From Phoronis australis (taxonomy: Eukaryota; Animalia; Phoronida): 64,000 bases of DNA. Under the pieces are notes generated by a model. It had not been told where the DNA came from. It was given only the letters and a program-made list of their open reading frames with translations, and did no database searches. This document shows, one piece after another, positions 49,801-63,105 of the stretch (its first letter is position 1; the number at the start of each line of letters is the position of its first letter). The translations under genes were made by a program, and so were the position numbers. Location of the stretch: positions 513,326 to 577,325 of the forward strand of contig NMRA01000034.1 of NCBI GenBank assembly GCA_002633005.1. The letters are read 5' to 3'.

Positions 49801-51560
49801 TAGCTTTTTAGAAAGTTCCTGGACCCCATTGATTTACTTTTCTGTTATCATTCATTCCTTTATTGAGCACGTTAAGATGACAACCACCTGTGAACAAGTA
49901 TGTTTGACATGGTTGTTGAGTTATATAAGAAAAAGATCTGCACAGTAGCTGATTGTCTAGCTGTTGTCACCTGTCAGCCATCTGGCAATAGAATTTATTA
50001 AAAGAAAGAACTATTCTAAAAGTACAATGCTGTGATAATTGAAATGAGGTACTAGGCGACACTGGCAAAACAATTATAGTACAGTGAAATGAGGTACTAG
50101 GCGATGCTGGTCAAAAAATTATAGTACGGTGAAATGAGGTACTAGGCGATGCTGGTCAAAAAATTATAGTACGGTGAAATGAGGTACTAGGCGATGCTGG
50201 TAAAACAATTATGGTACTGTGAAATTTTCAAGGGATTCTAACATTGTTGTGAATGCCCAGAATTTCTCAAAACATTGTGGGGTGGTGCCAATGTTATAAA
50301 ATGTTATAAAACTAATAAACTTGTTTTTTCTGTGCTACTGAAAAAAAAAACAAATTAAGCTTGCACTTGTCTGCCTCCATTGTGTCCTTGATTGGTAACA
50401 TTTTACTGCAATAGCTTTAGAAGCACATGCATTCAAGTAATTCCACAAATGTATTCATGCTAAACAGACAACCGTTCAAAATCCATTCAGATGATAAAAG
50501 GAAGGCCCTTTCAGTTGCACCTCGTAGATATTTTATTTTCCAGAAGAAAAAGGCATTATAGTTAGTAGCCCTTGTCTGTCTAGTCCTATTTCGCACCATT
50601 TGGATGGTGTCTCCATTGCTTTATTCTCATATTGTTTTGCCATGTTCAATCACTACTTAGACTGCAGTTCTTAAAAAATAAAAATTTCGTTAAAATTTGT
50701 CCAACTTCGTCCTAGTTATGGCAACAACTAATGGAAATCAGACTTCGAAAAATAATGCGAAGTTTAGCTAATATTTTTGCTCTAAAATACTGACCATTTC
50801 CTAAAAAAGGTGCTCTCAAATTTTTTTGAAAACTACTCGCCTTAGTTCCAATTTGTTGAACAAAATCATGCCCTCGAGGTCACCCAAGGACTGGAAAATG
50901 TGCAACCATCAACAAAAATGGGGGTAGAAGCATCAACTGCAGCGGAAGAGCACTTTTCTAGTTATCAAGTGATCGTCATGAGGATGTGCGTGTGCTGTGA
51001 GCATTGCACCCATGTGCATCATTGCCACGAGACTTGAACGCGTGCTAATTTAAAGCCAATACCAATTCGTTTAAAAGTTATACAGTAAGAGTGCTGCTTC
51101 GGCAGATCAAAAATGGCGTTCATCAAAGAAAGGTAAAATTAGCGTGATGTGGTTTATTTTAGCCAAAAATAGTACCTCATAGTTCCATTCTGGACAGAAC
51201 CATTAAAAACGAGGAATGTTAACTTGTGTTATTCCCCAACTCAGGTTTTCGTGACCGTCACAAAATTAAATCGAAACATTTGACCCATGCCATTGTGTGG
51301 ATGTCCCAAGGTGTAAGTCATATTAACTAAACAGTGTTGAATATATCTTTAAATTGTTTACGTTAAGCGTAACACCTACACTGTGTATTAACAGTAATGC
51401 AATATTTCAGCTGTGGACGTGCCCTCCTTGCCGTGGTATATGTAACTGCAGTTTTTGTCGCAAGAAGAAAGGACAGTTTGCTACAGGGATACTCATCCAC
51501 CTGGCACGTGACAAGGGTTTCAAGGATGTCAACGAATACTTGCAGAGTTTTAAGATCTAA
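37833..51560 (+). CDS. CDCA7: Cell division cycle-associated 7 family protein (zf-4CXXC_R1); spliced, about 285 aa
   Basis: Exons 37833-37898, 40446-40511, 41293-41463, 42439-42549, 43752-43895, 45351-45500, 51411-51560; all phase 0. Helix [26 protein letters not shown], and zinc finger TCHQCRQKT...[12 protein letters not shown]...[18 protein letters not shown]...ATGIL. Confidence 0.95.
38215..38560 (+). mobile_element. Truncated, diverged copy of the same HINE-like family
   Basis: Colinear similarity to 38915-39430 (ccgctgctctatct, atgggacggcatg, ctaccggtgtgtcccctagtggcaatttt). Confidence 0.75.
38915..40438 (+). mobile_element. Helentron-associated (HINE/DINE-1-like) non-autonomous element with internal ~150-bp tandem repeats
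   Basis: 5' subTIR ATGCGCCCACA (38920-38930) with a nearby inverted copy (38939-38949); CGTC/GTCC-rich tract; ~455-bp higher-order repeat present twice; 3' subTIR TGTGGGCGTAT (40403-40413); stem-loop CAACGC-tct-GCGTTG (40416-40430); T-rich ends and no TSD. Confidence 0.75.
40446..40511 (+). CDS. CDCA7: CDCA7 exon ([22 protein letters not shown])
   Basis: tctag| and |gtacgg. Confidence 0.88.
41293..41463 (+). CDS. CDCA7: CDCA7 exon (QSKASSRRQ...RRNPSR...STPE)
   Basis: ttcag| and |gttagt. Confidence 0.85.
42439..42549 (+). CDS. CDCA7: CDCA7 acidic exon ([10 protein letters not shown]...[10 protein letters not shown])
   Basis: tgcag| and |gtaatt; open frame; phase 0-0. Confidence 0.8.
43166..43331 (-). 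mobile_element. tRNA-derived SINE-like element, family 2, copy 2
   Basis: Minus-strand A box TGGCTCAGTGG and B-box-like GATTTGAGTCC; body shared with 18121-18281. Confidence 0.7.
43752..43895 (+). CDS. CDCA7: CDCA7 exon (EEQHF...EDITEEDL...KHYDSYD)
   Basis: ttcag| and |gtaagt; ITEEDL motif preceding the zinc finger. Confidence 0.92.
45351..45500 (+). CDS. CDCA7: CDCA7 zinc-finger exon ([11 protein letters not shown]...[17 protein letters not shown])
   Basis: ttcag| and |gtaagt; first half of zf-4CXXC_R1. Confidence 0.97.
47586..49652 (-). mobile_element. Non-autonomous Kolobok-like DNA transposon, copy B, interrupted by a MITE
   Basis: TTAA at 47582-47585 and 49653-49656; same termini and THAP remnant ([10 protein letters not shown]...HRFPND...W) as copy A. 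Confidence 0.85.
48644..49232. mobile_element. piggyBac-type MITE nested in Kolobok-like copy B
   Basis: TTAA|CCCTTATCCTGC ... GCAGGATAAGGG|TTAA: perfect 12-bp TIR with TTAA duplication; absent at the homologous position in copy A. Confidence 0.88.
50040..50225. repeat. Minisatellite, 45-bp unit, 4 copies
   Basis: tgaaatgaggtactaggcgatgctggtcaaaaaattatagtacgg. Confidence 0.96.
51411..51560 (+). CDS. CDCA7: CDCA7 terminal exon ([19 protein letters not shown]...FKI*)
   Basis: ttcag| acceptor; second half of zf-4CXXC_R1; TAA stop. Confidence 0.97.
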   Translation: MWTCPPCRGICNCSFCRKKKGQFATGILIHLARDKGFKDVNEYLQSFKI

Positions 51561-53233
51561 ACATCACTATAACAAGACAGTTGCTGCGAAGCTATATGTG
51601 CTCGTCCATCTGCTAATAGACAGCAGTTCCACCATTTTTGTTGTGAACGTAGTTGACTATTGTACACATGCACGCATGTTAGGACTTAGTTTTTCTGACA
51701 CTCTCGCGTTGGGAAATGTAACAGAAATTATTTTTAATATTTTGTGACTGGAACTGCCTGACTTCATTACATTTTGTTATCACTTGATGTTCACTAATTG
51801 GGATGAGTGGCAGCTAATCATTTCCTGTAAAAATTACCTGTAACTTCTGAGTTAAGCATCAATCAAGTTGTGTCACATGTACTTTACAGCTGTCGCAAAG
51901 CAACATGGGTCCACTTGTCAGCACTTCCAGCAAATTAATTTTTAGTTAATCTTTCTAAATTTGAAAGTATTGGGTCTTAGTTATTAATGGCCCACATTGC
52001 AGAATTTTTAAAGCAGCTACTACATTTTATTACAAACTGGTGGAGGACTTAATTTTTTGCATTAAAAAATTGTAAAATGTACCTTACATTAGTTTGATTT
52101 ACTAGTCATTCATTATTGTATTTTGTAATCTGTTTAATATGTTAAGCTATGATTAAAGTGTTAGAGTTAACTGACCTTTTTCAGGGTTATTGTTAGTATT
52201 TGCAATGGATGTTTTAAAAATAAATTTTACTACTTTCTTAAGACTGTCACAATTTGTGCATGACCACAAAGTTTTATAAGTAAACAGGACATTCTTGACA
52301 TTACTATGCATCAAAGTGACAACGTGGAATACAATCACCTGTGCATTTTTGTGAGATTGACCTCATTTTCATTCTGACAAAATGCCAGTGACCCACTAAT
52401 GAGTTTTTTAAAAAAGTATTGCAAGGTGTGGCAAACCATGTACCATTGATACAACACAAATGGGTTCAATAAGGTGACTGCAAGTGCGGGAAGATGGCGC
52501 CACAGGATCCAATTAATTCTTAGTTTTAACGAACGAAGCCGATGATCGGACTAGTTTTCCCATTCAGTGCCACTGAACGAACTCTTGAATTCGATATCAC
52601 TGGAAATGTCATTTTTAGTTTGAGAAGCATTTTATGGTCAGCTCGTGGGAGCTAACAGATGAAATGAACTCCATATATTTATTGCTCTTATTTGTAACAA
52701 AAATGCTCAAGAAATTTGCTCTAGTTAATTCCATAATTATGAATTATTGTTCAACTCTTGAAGCTGCATTTCTCTCAGTTTAGCTGGCTTAAAACGAAAA
52801 CTGAATCGCCTTTATTCTTATAAAAGCGTTCCTTACCATGATGGGACTTTTTTGTTAACAAGAAGAACATACCCTCGACAGGTCAAGAAACGTATCGGAA
52901 ATTTGACTTAACTGAGGTGGGCCAACCTTGAAATTTGAAAACGGCGAGCTGGGAGTTCCATTCATAGATATGTCATATGACACTGACCGTTTGCAGAGTA
53001 AATCACAAATCAGCTGTTGGTTTGGGCTCTTCAATTAAGAACTCAAAATGTATAATATTCAAATTAACAGCTTAAGTGGGAAAATGCAGCTTTTACTGGC
53101 CCAATTTGCATACTAGAGTCGCTTGTTTCTTGGAACTCCGTTACAACAATCTGGAAGTATGTCGCATGTGATTGCATTTTGTCCATCATTGAGCTAAGCA
53201 TGTCCATTTCAAGCCACTGCTCCCGTAGGCACC

Positions 53234-53392
53234 TCAGCCTTTCACTTTGGATAACAGGATTTCATTCCTGCGACACTCCTCCTTAAACTCTTTGACTGTC
53301 TTGAAGTACACTCTCTGTTTCTCTACCATGTCCAAGTGCTCATCATTCAATTGGTCCCGCCTACTTTTTTCCTGCTGTTTCTTTTTCTCCAG
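53234..53392 (-). CDS. CCDC93: CCDC93 terminal exon (LEKKKQQEK...LLSKVKG*)
   Basis: ttcag| acceptor; TGA stop. Confidence 0.95.
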   Translation of the reverse strand: MEKKKQQEKSRRDQLNDEHLDMVEKQRVYFKTVKEFKEECRRNEILLSKVKG

Positions 53393-56300
53393 CTGAAATA
53401 TAGACAAACTTATGACCCGAAATTTGAACTTTCAACAGGACAACCACGAATAACAAACATTGTCACGAAATGCAAGTTGAAAAGAGGAAAAATTCTCCAG
53501 TTTGGGACTCGCATTGAAAAACTAATAATTTTGCTCAAGGTAGGAGCTTGTCCCCAATTTTAGAAACATATCATTCGCCAGCCAAAGTTCAAGAATTGGG
53601 AAGAATGACAAACAATCATTCAAATCTATGTTATTCACCATAGCAACACTTGGAAATATTTCATCGATGACCGCACTATTTTTGACGATTTAATAAAAAC
53701 TGCCAAGTCTATTTCTATACTTTTTTGATACAAAGTGCAGTGTCCAAAATTTGAGAAATATGACGAACACCAAAATCATCGTGTCTTTATCTTCAGAATC
53801 AAGAAAAGTCAATCTTGACATGAAATTCTGTGTCCCAAACTGGAGAAATTTTACTGTACATATTAGGACACCAGCTAATGTTGCACACTGGAAATAATTT
53901 ATATAGCTTTTATTCTTACAAAATGTCAAAAACTTGCATGGGGACAGTTCACAATTTACAGCAATTCCACGTACGTACAAAATGAACACTTCCAGCAGAA
54001 AAGATCCTGACAAACGTGAGACTTACAACTATTTATTAAAAAAGTAGAACTGCGGTAACAATATCAGTCTGTCAACATGTCTCGCTAGGGTTGCAGATTA
54101 AATAACAATACCACATAAACACAAAACACGGACATAACTGAAAAAAGTGGGTAAATTACAATGGAAATGTAGTAAGGCTGCACTGGAGAAGTGACCGAAC
54201 TGACTGAGAAAACAAACAGTTCCTCATTAAAAGACCACCTGAGCTATTAGTATTGTATAAATCCTAACCAAACCATTAACACAAACCTTGGCTCTGTTTT
54301 GCTTTATTCCATCAACAATCTGTTCAAATTGCTTCAGAAACTGTTCCCTTCCGGTGGCGTTAGACATTGCCCTGAGAAGATATAAATACCAAATCTTGAG
54401 AAACCTTTCCCATAACAATAATTGACCTATCGCAAGCTCTGCCCCTTGTGAAACGTCAACAAATAAACAATAAGTTTTACCCGGTAACGTGTTGTTTGTC
54501 GGGTAAAATGGCGACTTGGAAACGAAAGTGTGTCAAGAAAGCTGTGTTCTCATTGGTCACTTAAGTCATCACACAAAGTCCTGGCGATAGGTCAATTATG
54601 TTACAGAACCGAACTCTGTACCAGCACCAAGTACTGGGAGACGTTTGACAGAAAAGTCTTCAGCCTTATGGAAGTATAAAACAATTTCTGTTTGATCCAC
54701 TTTCAGTTTCTGGTGCGGGCCACGACGGGCTAAGTTAACAAACACGAAACAAAATTGATTTCCATTTTGGGCTTGGAGGTTGTAGCTAGTCCACATAGAG
54801 GCTTAAGTGTCGTTTACGCTAAAAAAGTTGACACGGATCAGCTGACATGGAACGAGTTGTTCCAACGCAAGTATGTGAGTAAACGGGACTGAACTGGAGC
54901 AAAGTGACACCATGGTGACAACTTTTGCCACCCGTTTGTGAGGTAGAGCAATTTGCACTAGAACATCTTGCTCCGTGTCAATTATGTGTCTAAATGCAAA
55001 ACTGGGGTAAGGCAGAAAGGATCGTCTCTACTGCGCTTGTGTAATGACCTAAATACAGGTTCGCTGTCTCTTCAACTCCCGTCATTTGTAAACCTGCGCA
55101 TGTGTGATCCACTCTCCAGCCTACAATTTCCATCTTGCCACAGTTATTGAGTTGTGTGTGTGAACGGATGCTTGACACCGATCAGTTTGCTCCGTGTCAG
55201 TTGCACCGGGCCAAAAGTTGATGTCTAAACGGGACTTTACAATTTCGGGAATGGTTGTAAATCACGAGTGGCGTTCACACACAGGCCTTTCGAAATTGAC
55301 ATGCAAGGTCAGTGAAAGCAGTTCTTTGTGAAACCTCCTAAGTCATACAACTGTTCCAGTTGGACTGGATAAGTAAACACAGATTAACAAAAAGTTTATT
55401 ATCCTGGCTGAGAAGATAGTTGTTTTATTACCCCCTCATGGATAGTTGAATATCCAAGCCCAGAATGCACTCGCAGACAAAATAGCAATGTTGGACTTTT
55501 GTATGTAAATACTTGGAATATCTCACGGGACAGCAATGCTGATAGCAATCATGATTAAAGAAGACACATTTCATTGCTTTAAAGTCTCAGTCCAAGTTAC
55601 ATGTAAACTGCAGGTGGCGTTGCACATTTGCACACAAAATACTCTATCACCACATAGTGACAGCAAATATCAACAATATCGGAAATAGAGGAGGATGTTG
55701 CCAAGAGAAAAATCAATACAAAAGTCAAGCTGCATTGCAGTGCAATTACTCCAACTATTTTTGTTTTTAATTGCCATTTTCCCCCTACTCTGAACCGAAA
55801 TAAGAAAATCACCAAATCTTGACAGATTCACGGAAACAACATATTTCCCGTCACGACTGCAAGTAGCTCAGAGGAAAGGATTTTGTAATCACCTGTGACT
55901 GATAAAGCCGGTTAATTTTGGAAGGGTTGATCAACAGAGGAGCTTTTGACAGTCTATTACAATTTCATTTACCAATGTCGTGACTGAGATTATGACCAAC
56001 CATCACAATGTGAAACAGTTTCAGACATATTTTGAGTTGTAAAGGAAAAACAAAATGTTTCTTATATATATTCATCGTACCCACTCAAGCAGTGTTTTCA
56101 TATTTCAGGAGATTCTCTTGATATTTTTTCGTTTCCACAAGGTTATTTTCCCACAAAAAGGTAGAGCATGCAGTAATTTTTGCTAACGATTGTCTGAGTG
56201 CATGATCTACTAAATAAACTTTTCCTCCCATTACTCTCTATTCTCGATCACAAGGAAAGACACTCTGATCATGAATTAGGCTTTTGCCCATGCAACCAAC

Positions 56301-59300
56301 ATGCTAGACTAGTACCTTGGCAGAGACTAGATGGCTCTGATCTATTCTTGCTCATAATTGGTTGAAAAAAACTTGTCCAATGTCTTAGAAATGAAAGGCT
56401 GACCCTCCCAACCAGGGCACAGATTAGTCCCCTTATCACAATATGCTCATTTGCTTTTAATTCCAGCTGGGTAATAGTGACACATTTATGATCTCATTGT
56501 ATAATTGTATACTGTTCTGGTGCTGGTTCCTAGTAGAAGCGCAACACTGAAGCGATACCTATTAGACAAGTCAACTCGCACGACTTTCCAAGTAAAGAAG
56601 TGACTAAAGTCAGGAACTCGAATGTATTTTCGGCTTGCATGAACCGGACTGTGCGCCAGAGGCTGGAACAAGGCTACCAGTATGAAGGAGAATTCTGGGC
56701 AATTTTGTATTCAATACTTTTGGAGCATACAATAGGAACCACGATTTTGGCACATCGATGCACAACACATTGGTCAACAGGAGGTGCTCCCTTTTCAAAA
56801 AAGTCTGTGCTCTTAAGTGGTACATAGATCATTGTGATGTGATATTTAGCCATTTTCAATATAATGGCAATATAATGAAATACGCCTTGTTACAAGATGG
56901 CCAGTAGATGGAGTAACTGATGGACAGCACTTTGTGCTCTTGTACGGAGGTTTAATACAATAAGATTTCCCAGCATTTTTTACCAGTTCTGTGCAACTAG
57001 CATGTCTTCAAACTGTCACTGTTGTGGTATAGGATAATCAAGGAATCCACACGGAAATATACAATGTCTCAAAATGTCTCTAGAATGCAAAAGAAAATTG
57101 TGTGGCATCCCTGTCAACTCCACCCACCTTCCACACAAAAATTAGAAATTGGGCCAACACTTAAAGAGTCAGGTCTAGCAATCCTTATCGTATGTACAAA
57201 AGTTAAGTAGGACTATTGTATAAACAGTGCCCATCACAATGACCTCTGTTGCCCAGTACACAAACTAAGAAACCAATACAGTCATGAAAGAAAACATCTT
57301 CATAATATCTGCTATTCAGATCACAACCACTACGGCTTATTCAGAGTCAGTAGCTTGGGAATGTATTGTTAGCACCTAATGAAACTGATCAAAATCAGCA
57401 CCGCAAAACGTACTGCTCAAAGTTGTCATGGATAGAGTTGAGCAGGTTCACTTCCTTGTTCAGATACAACTTGGTGTCGTCGAGAGTGTTATACAACGTG
57501 TAAAACTGCTTTGTCTCCTTGTGAGTGGCAGCGACTGAAAAGAACAAATACGAAATACAACTGAAAAGATCAGGCATAACAGCGGGAATAAACTCGAACA
57601 AACCGAAGCTGAATCTTTACTTTTCATTAGGAGCTACCCTATTCAAAACTGAATGAATTCTATACGGGGATTAAGTTCAGTTAGATAAGCACTTTTAAAT
57701 GGGGTGGTTAGGTACACAAGCCCAGTCAGCCTTGGCCTGGTGACTTAGAGTAGGGAGGACAACGTTTTTTAATTTTTTTTTACAATACCCATGTGTCATA
57801 CATTTTTGAAAAGCCCTTGGTGTGACAAATGAAATGGTGCAAAAATCAGAAAAATTGGATAAGCGGTTAATGAGAAAATGGCCGTTGAAACGCGACAATT
57901 ATGCGTAAAATATCTGCCTTTTTACATAATTTCGTAAAAAATAAAAGAATATACATGTGCTGCATATAAAAAGATTCGTCTCATTGAGACAAACATGGTG
58001 GTGTGTATTATATTAAATTTGGATCGATTTCTACAGAGATATTGCTGTTTAAGTGTGTTGTTAGCATGTAGAACAGGCATCATGTTTGATGAAAACAATG
58101 GATTACACAGCTTAAAAGGTAAAGAGCAAAGATTCCACATCAGCTCAGAAGTAAATACATTTGAGCTAGGAGGAAATTTCACATCAAATCACAAGATCAC
58201 ATTGGTGGATTTGTGGGGGGCAAGGGGGCCTGGCCCGTGGCCCCCCTAAAACTCCCAATTCATTTGGCAGTTTGAGGATGCAAATATCTTACGGGTAAAA
58301 TCCTGCGTAATACTCTGCCCTGCCACCCCTCCTATCTAAAAAGATCTGCCCCTGAATACTACTACATGGGCAACACATCATTGCCTGACAGTGACAGGGG
58401 GCTGGTGGAGACTATAGCTCCCCCACTTTTTTCAGTACTGCCACCCATGTACTATTAGATCGTATCATGGCAAAAAACATCAGAAAGTACACAAAAGACC
58501 ATTTGGGTAAACATATCACTCTTAACATGAAGGATTTCATCATTTACGCGACAAAAACTTTGTAACAACTTTATTCGAACGGTGAAGTTGCGATGCCATT
58601 GAACTTCAACGTAGCCGCTGGTGGCGCTCACATGCGGCGACTTAGTGAACTAACGACTGCTATTTGAAAAGTGCCAATGCGCAGCAGTTTGACAGAATTT
58701 CTGAAAATGAAATAATTACCAATTAAAAGAGTGATAAATTCCTCATCTAAAAATCGGGGGGGCATATTGCGCAACTGGAAAAACATCGATCTCCCGACCG
58801 ACCAAAATTAGGTCTTCCGGACGATCGAAAACTCGCTATGAAAACTTGGCCTTGACTTCGAGAAAACAACTTGAGGAGATGCGCACGCATCTAAACTACA
58901 TCCTGTCCAAATTTCATGTTTGTATTTGAGAGTATAGTGCTCTTTTGGATAGGAGGAACAAGAGGTACTTTTTCGAAAGTTGATCGCATGGCGGAAAATC
59001 ATGCGCTGAAAAAAGCTTACAAAAAAATGATTTATCAGCGATGATTTGAGACAAAAAGATTACAAACTTACAAATAAAGACTAAGGTAACAATTTATAAC
59101 ACAAAATTGTCTTAAAGTTAACTTTGAAGTCAGAAATCGGGTAATTTACCGATGTGGGTTTTACACGGAGGCAGATATGGAGCACCGTGACCTACTTTTT
59201 GATTGTCCTCCCTACTTAGAGTACCCAACAAAGAAACAGCAGTTGCAGTGCACGAGTTTCTCTTTTATTCTGTTGCTGCTATCCGATTTTTGTCATACAA

Positions 59301-62300
59301 AGACTTAATAGCCTCAACTGTTAATGACAGATTCAGTCTCATAGATCGCAGTGTCAAAAATGGCCTCCACTACTATGCATTTTTTTCTGATGAATTGTAG
59401 TCAGTGCCAACAGACACTCATCACTGAACTCAAACCCCCAAACAAAAGATGCCTATCACAAAAGTCCAGGTGCAATGATAACCAGCCATTCAAGTCTCAA
59501 CCTGTCACAAGCATTCAATGTTGCCAATTGGAAAATTATGTACAATCCACACTACGAGTTACCCTTAAACAAGTTGGCCCTGGAACGCTGACATCACTAA
59601 GTTTAGTAGCAGTGTGGATACTATTTGTGCTGGGGCAACTAACCCAATTTGATCGAGTAGGACAACTTTTTCTATGGTAACTTGCCCCCAGCACACGTTG
59701 CATAGTGGACACAAACTTGCAGACAAGGTGTAAGTAATTACCAGGTGCGTGTTTTGTGCTCAGGTACATAAATATGGCTCTCTAATCCTTTTTTGCGCCA
59801 TATTTGTCGTACAGTATAGGGTGCGTAGTGTGGACGCTCGTCTAAACTAGTGCAAGGTGTTCTAGGGTAACCTTTACTGTGGACATGAATTTAGATTGTA
59901 GTTTCTAATGTTGAGAGCAGCTTTTGTTTAACTTTTTGTGGTCTTGTTTTTACTGATGTCTTGTACAAGAGCCAAACAAAATATCCATGGAGTATCAATA
60001 CTTTCCTGTTTGCGAGTCAAAGGTAAGTGAACTGTTTGCCTTTTGGGAGCTAAACTTCCATCGAGATGGGTGTTCACAAAAACACTGACACAATTGAAAA
60101 AACACATCTAGACTAAATATCATTTGAAAGCGGGGCAAGCAATTGAACAACAGCATTCACAAGAAAAGTCTGCCTATTTACTCTGACTGTATAGCTCCAC
60201 GAATCTCCGCTGATACTGGCTTAGCTCAGCGCGGGAAGGCACTTCGTCAATCTTCCGTTGCAATGCTGATATCTCACGGTTCTTGCGGGCTAGAAGAAGG
60301 CGGATCTTGTGCAGCTTCTCTTTGTCCGACTGGTACTGCCTGTCAATCAACGCAGCTCTCTCCTGAAAACATCCAATTACAATCACAGAGCGGAGGGCGA
60401 CCAGGCATAATAAACACTTGTCAACAAACCAGTGCTGCAGTAGTTTATTGTATAAATCCAATCATAACTATTACTAACAAATCATCAACCATTCCAACAG
60501 AAAGACCTGATACTTAAATACTGCTGGTCTGTTTCAGGACCCTAGCAAGATTTGGGTATCATGCAGTGGATGCTTTTAGGTCACCACCAAATTAAGTGGT
60601 CTGGTCAGAGTATTTAGGAGTCTAGTCAAAGAATTTAAAGCTGTCACAAATCAGCCATCTGCCATCAAAGAAAGTAACTATTAACCTAATTTTGATAGAC
60701 GTCATTACCACTATGGATGACATTCATCAGGAGCGATTTCAGGGCTTGAAAACAACTGAGAGTCACGACCATCCTCAACACAAACGACCTGGCATTGAGC
60801 CTGTCCTCAAGCAATTTAAAAATGTCAGCTTTTCCCAAACCTACTAATCACCTCTAATTAGAGTAATAGAATTTGAAACCAGTTTTATCATGATAACTGA
60901 CATTTATTTTTCACTGGATGGTCAAGTGATAGCATCAGTGTTTCCTGAGTCTCAACATAATGTGCCTTTAGTTTTTAGTATACCTGGTCTTCAGTCATCT
61001 CGTCGCCTGACTCGGACTTTAACTTAGCAATATCATCCTGTAAGCGGGCCATTTCTTCCTGCAAGAAAATCCTTCCATTAGAAATTGAGCCCATTTCACG
61101 GCTCGTTGTAGACCTGTTTATAAGGATATCTGATCTAAGGTCATATTGTATGGAGTAGAGCACTTACCACATTAGCAATTGCTTCACAGCTATAAAACAC
61201 TGGCTAAAATAAATTGATGTATCATGGATTACAGTTTGGCTACTGAAATTGAACTCCTCATAAAAATAAGGAACATTTTTACGCAGATAAGCGTTCAGTT
61301 GAGTGGTGGTGTACTCAAGTCAAGTCGCACCATTGTGCATCTCAGGCACGTAATAAGACATATCAACAAACATGAAACAATACCTACACTATCATTTGGG
61401 GTTTTGTTACCTCAGCACACCGGTAGTCGATTTCTCCGAAAGTTCGCTAATGCCGTCCCATTCATGTATGGAACATAATGCCAAGTCAAAGGCTTTTGGA
61501 GATAGAGCAACGGACGCTGGACGCCGGCCGGACGTCGCCCGGACGGATGGACGGAGATGACGGCATAATGTGTCCACATATAAATATGTAGGCGCATAAA
61601 AACGAGTTGTACATGCGCCATTGCCAATATTTCTGCCATCTTTGACCGGAAGTTAACGATATACGGCTCAGTTGTAGTACTTGTGTGCTATGATAATTGT
61701 ACCAATTTTCAGTCCTGCACGTCGGAAAATGCGGCCTCTATGAGCATTTGAATCTGAAACTGGAAACAAAATGGCCGACATGTCCGCCATTTTGAATCCG
61801 ATCATGACCAAAAACAATAGGCTTCCAGGACTTCCCGATCTACACGTCGTGTGTGAAATTCGTGCGAATTGGATGAAAATTGCGACCTGTAGAGGGCGAA
61901 CAAAAAAACTTGATGGCAAAGCAACATACTTGGCGATAGAATAATGCCAAGTAAAGATCCATTTCCAATGATGGATTTAGTTTTTATAGTCCACAGTGTT
62001 TTAAAATGGTCAGGAAAATATGTTGCCACCTACAGACAGCAGTTATCTCTGTTCCCAAATCCCCAAACAAAAGAAGCCAGCCATAAAAGTCCAGGGGCTG
62101 GCTCGGGTAAATGGCTATTGTAATCCTCAACTATATCAAGTACTCATAGTTGCCAGTTGGAAAATGAGATGTAGCACCTAATGGCATTTTTTGTCACAAA
62201 AATAAATGCTTTCTGGTTTATATGTTCTATACAATAGCTGCCATCAGACAATGTCTTGACACACTGTAGGCACTCCAAACAATGTTAGCAGCGTTTAAAA

Positions 62301-63105
62301 ATGAAAAATGGTTGTTTCAGTGTCACTGGTGAAATTTACAGTACTGTTCATGTGAAAGTCTGCACCTGTCCGTGACACGGTCGTGTATAGACCAGTCAAT
62401 TTTAATGAATATCACATGACCAGGAATGGCAGACATGTCAATAAATGGATCATAAAGAATTGGGCATGTCACTGTATTTGACAATAGGGCCGTCCCGGAT
62501 TACACGGCGACACTTGAATCCCGCAGTATTTACCCACAATGTCGCAAACATCCGTCAGGCACATTTGCTGCCTCATTTTCGTGCCACTCGAGTTTCACTT
62601 GTTAATTGTTGCTGACTGATTCTTTTTAAGTTTTTCTAGGTTGCAATACTCTATTCGTTCCTCCAATGCCAACGAAGTATTACTGCTGTACTGTGGGCTA
62701 CAACTCCGACGTGAAAAAGTTTGATAAACTGGACAAATACCTGTGGATGCGTGATCCAAAATTTGTGGCCTTCACGACATCAATGAGAGACACAAAAATG
62801 TGCCTGATTTCCAAAACTAGCTCAGGCGCTTTCTTATCTCAAGGACAAAGGATAGTTCTATCACCGTGTATTCCCGGTCGGCCTTATTGTTGACTCAAGT
62901 TGTCAAGAAAGGTAACTGTTAGATGTGGTACTTTGCAAGTCACATTCCACTGATGAAGTCACTTGATGGGTTTCAAACGTCCAAGACTAGACTTAATAGA
63001 TCCACTCCTGGATTGCCACTCACCTTGCAGTGGGCTCTGAACTCCTGCTCCTGCTTCTTAAGGTTTTCATTCATGGCCACCAGGGAGCGCAACGTGTCCA
63101 GGACA
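53234..63105 (-). CDS. CCDC93: Coiled-coil domain-containing protein 93 (CCC/Commander complex), 3' part
   Basis: Exons on minus: 63105-63024, 61058-60984, 60362-60182, 57534-57414, 54371-54287, 53392-53234; phases consistent. Motifs [78 protein letters not shown]. Confidence 0.95.
54287..54371 (-). CDS. CCDC93: CCDC93 exon ([28 protein letters not shown])
   Basis: ctcag| and |gtttgt. Confidence 0.93.
54804..55239. mobile_element. Degenerate MITE with short TIRs and repeated TGACACGGA/TCCGTGTCA motifs
   Basis: taagtgtcgttta versus taaacgggacttta; motif copies near 54829, 54971, 55173 and 55191. Confidence 0.45.
57414..57534 (-). CDS. CCDC93: CCDC93 exon ([11 protein letters not shown]...IHDNFEQ)
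   Basis: ttcag| and |gtacgt. Confidence 0.95.
60182..60362 (-). CDS. CCDC93: CCDC93 exon ([10 protein letters not shown]...ELYSQ)
   Basis: ttcag| and |gtaaat. Confidence 0.95.
60984..61058 (-). CDS. CCDC93: CCDC93 exon ([25 protein letters not shown])
   Basis: tgcag| and |gtatac. Confidence 0.88.
61415..61600 (-). mobile_element. 5' fragment of the same HINE-like family, inverted
   Basis: Reverse complement matches 38917-39120 (tatgcgcctacatatttatatgtggacacattatgccgtcatctcc...ccagcgtccgttgctctatctccaaaa). Confidence 0.8.
63024..63105 (-). CDS. CCDC93: CCDC93 exon ([27 protein letters not shown])
   Basis: taaag| and |gtgagt. Confidence 0.92.

Noticed and set aside
57749-59216. 14-bp inverted repeat AGTAGGGAGGACAA as transposon ends
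   Set aside because: Probably subterminal remnants of an old element, but I could not define termini or a TSD.
61601-61940. Second HINE-like family abutting the 61415-61600 fragment
   Set aside because: Composition is suggestive, but the subTIR and hairpin are too degenerate and there is no second copy in the window.
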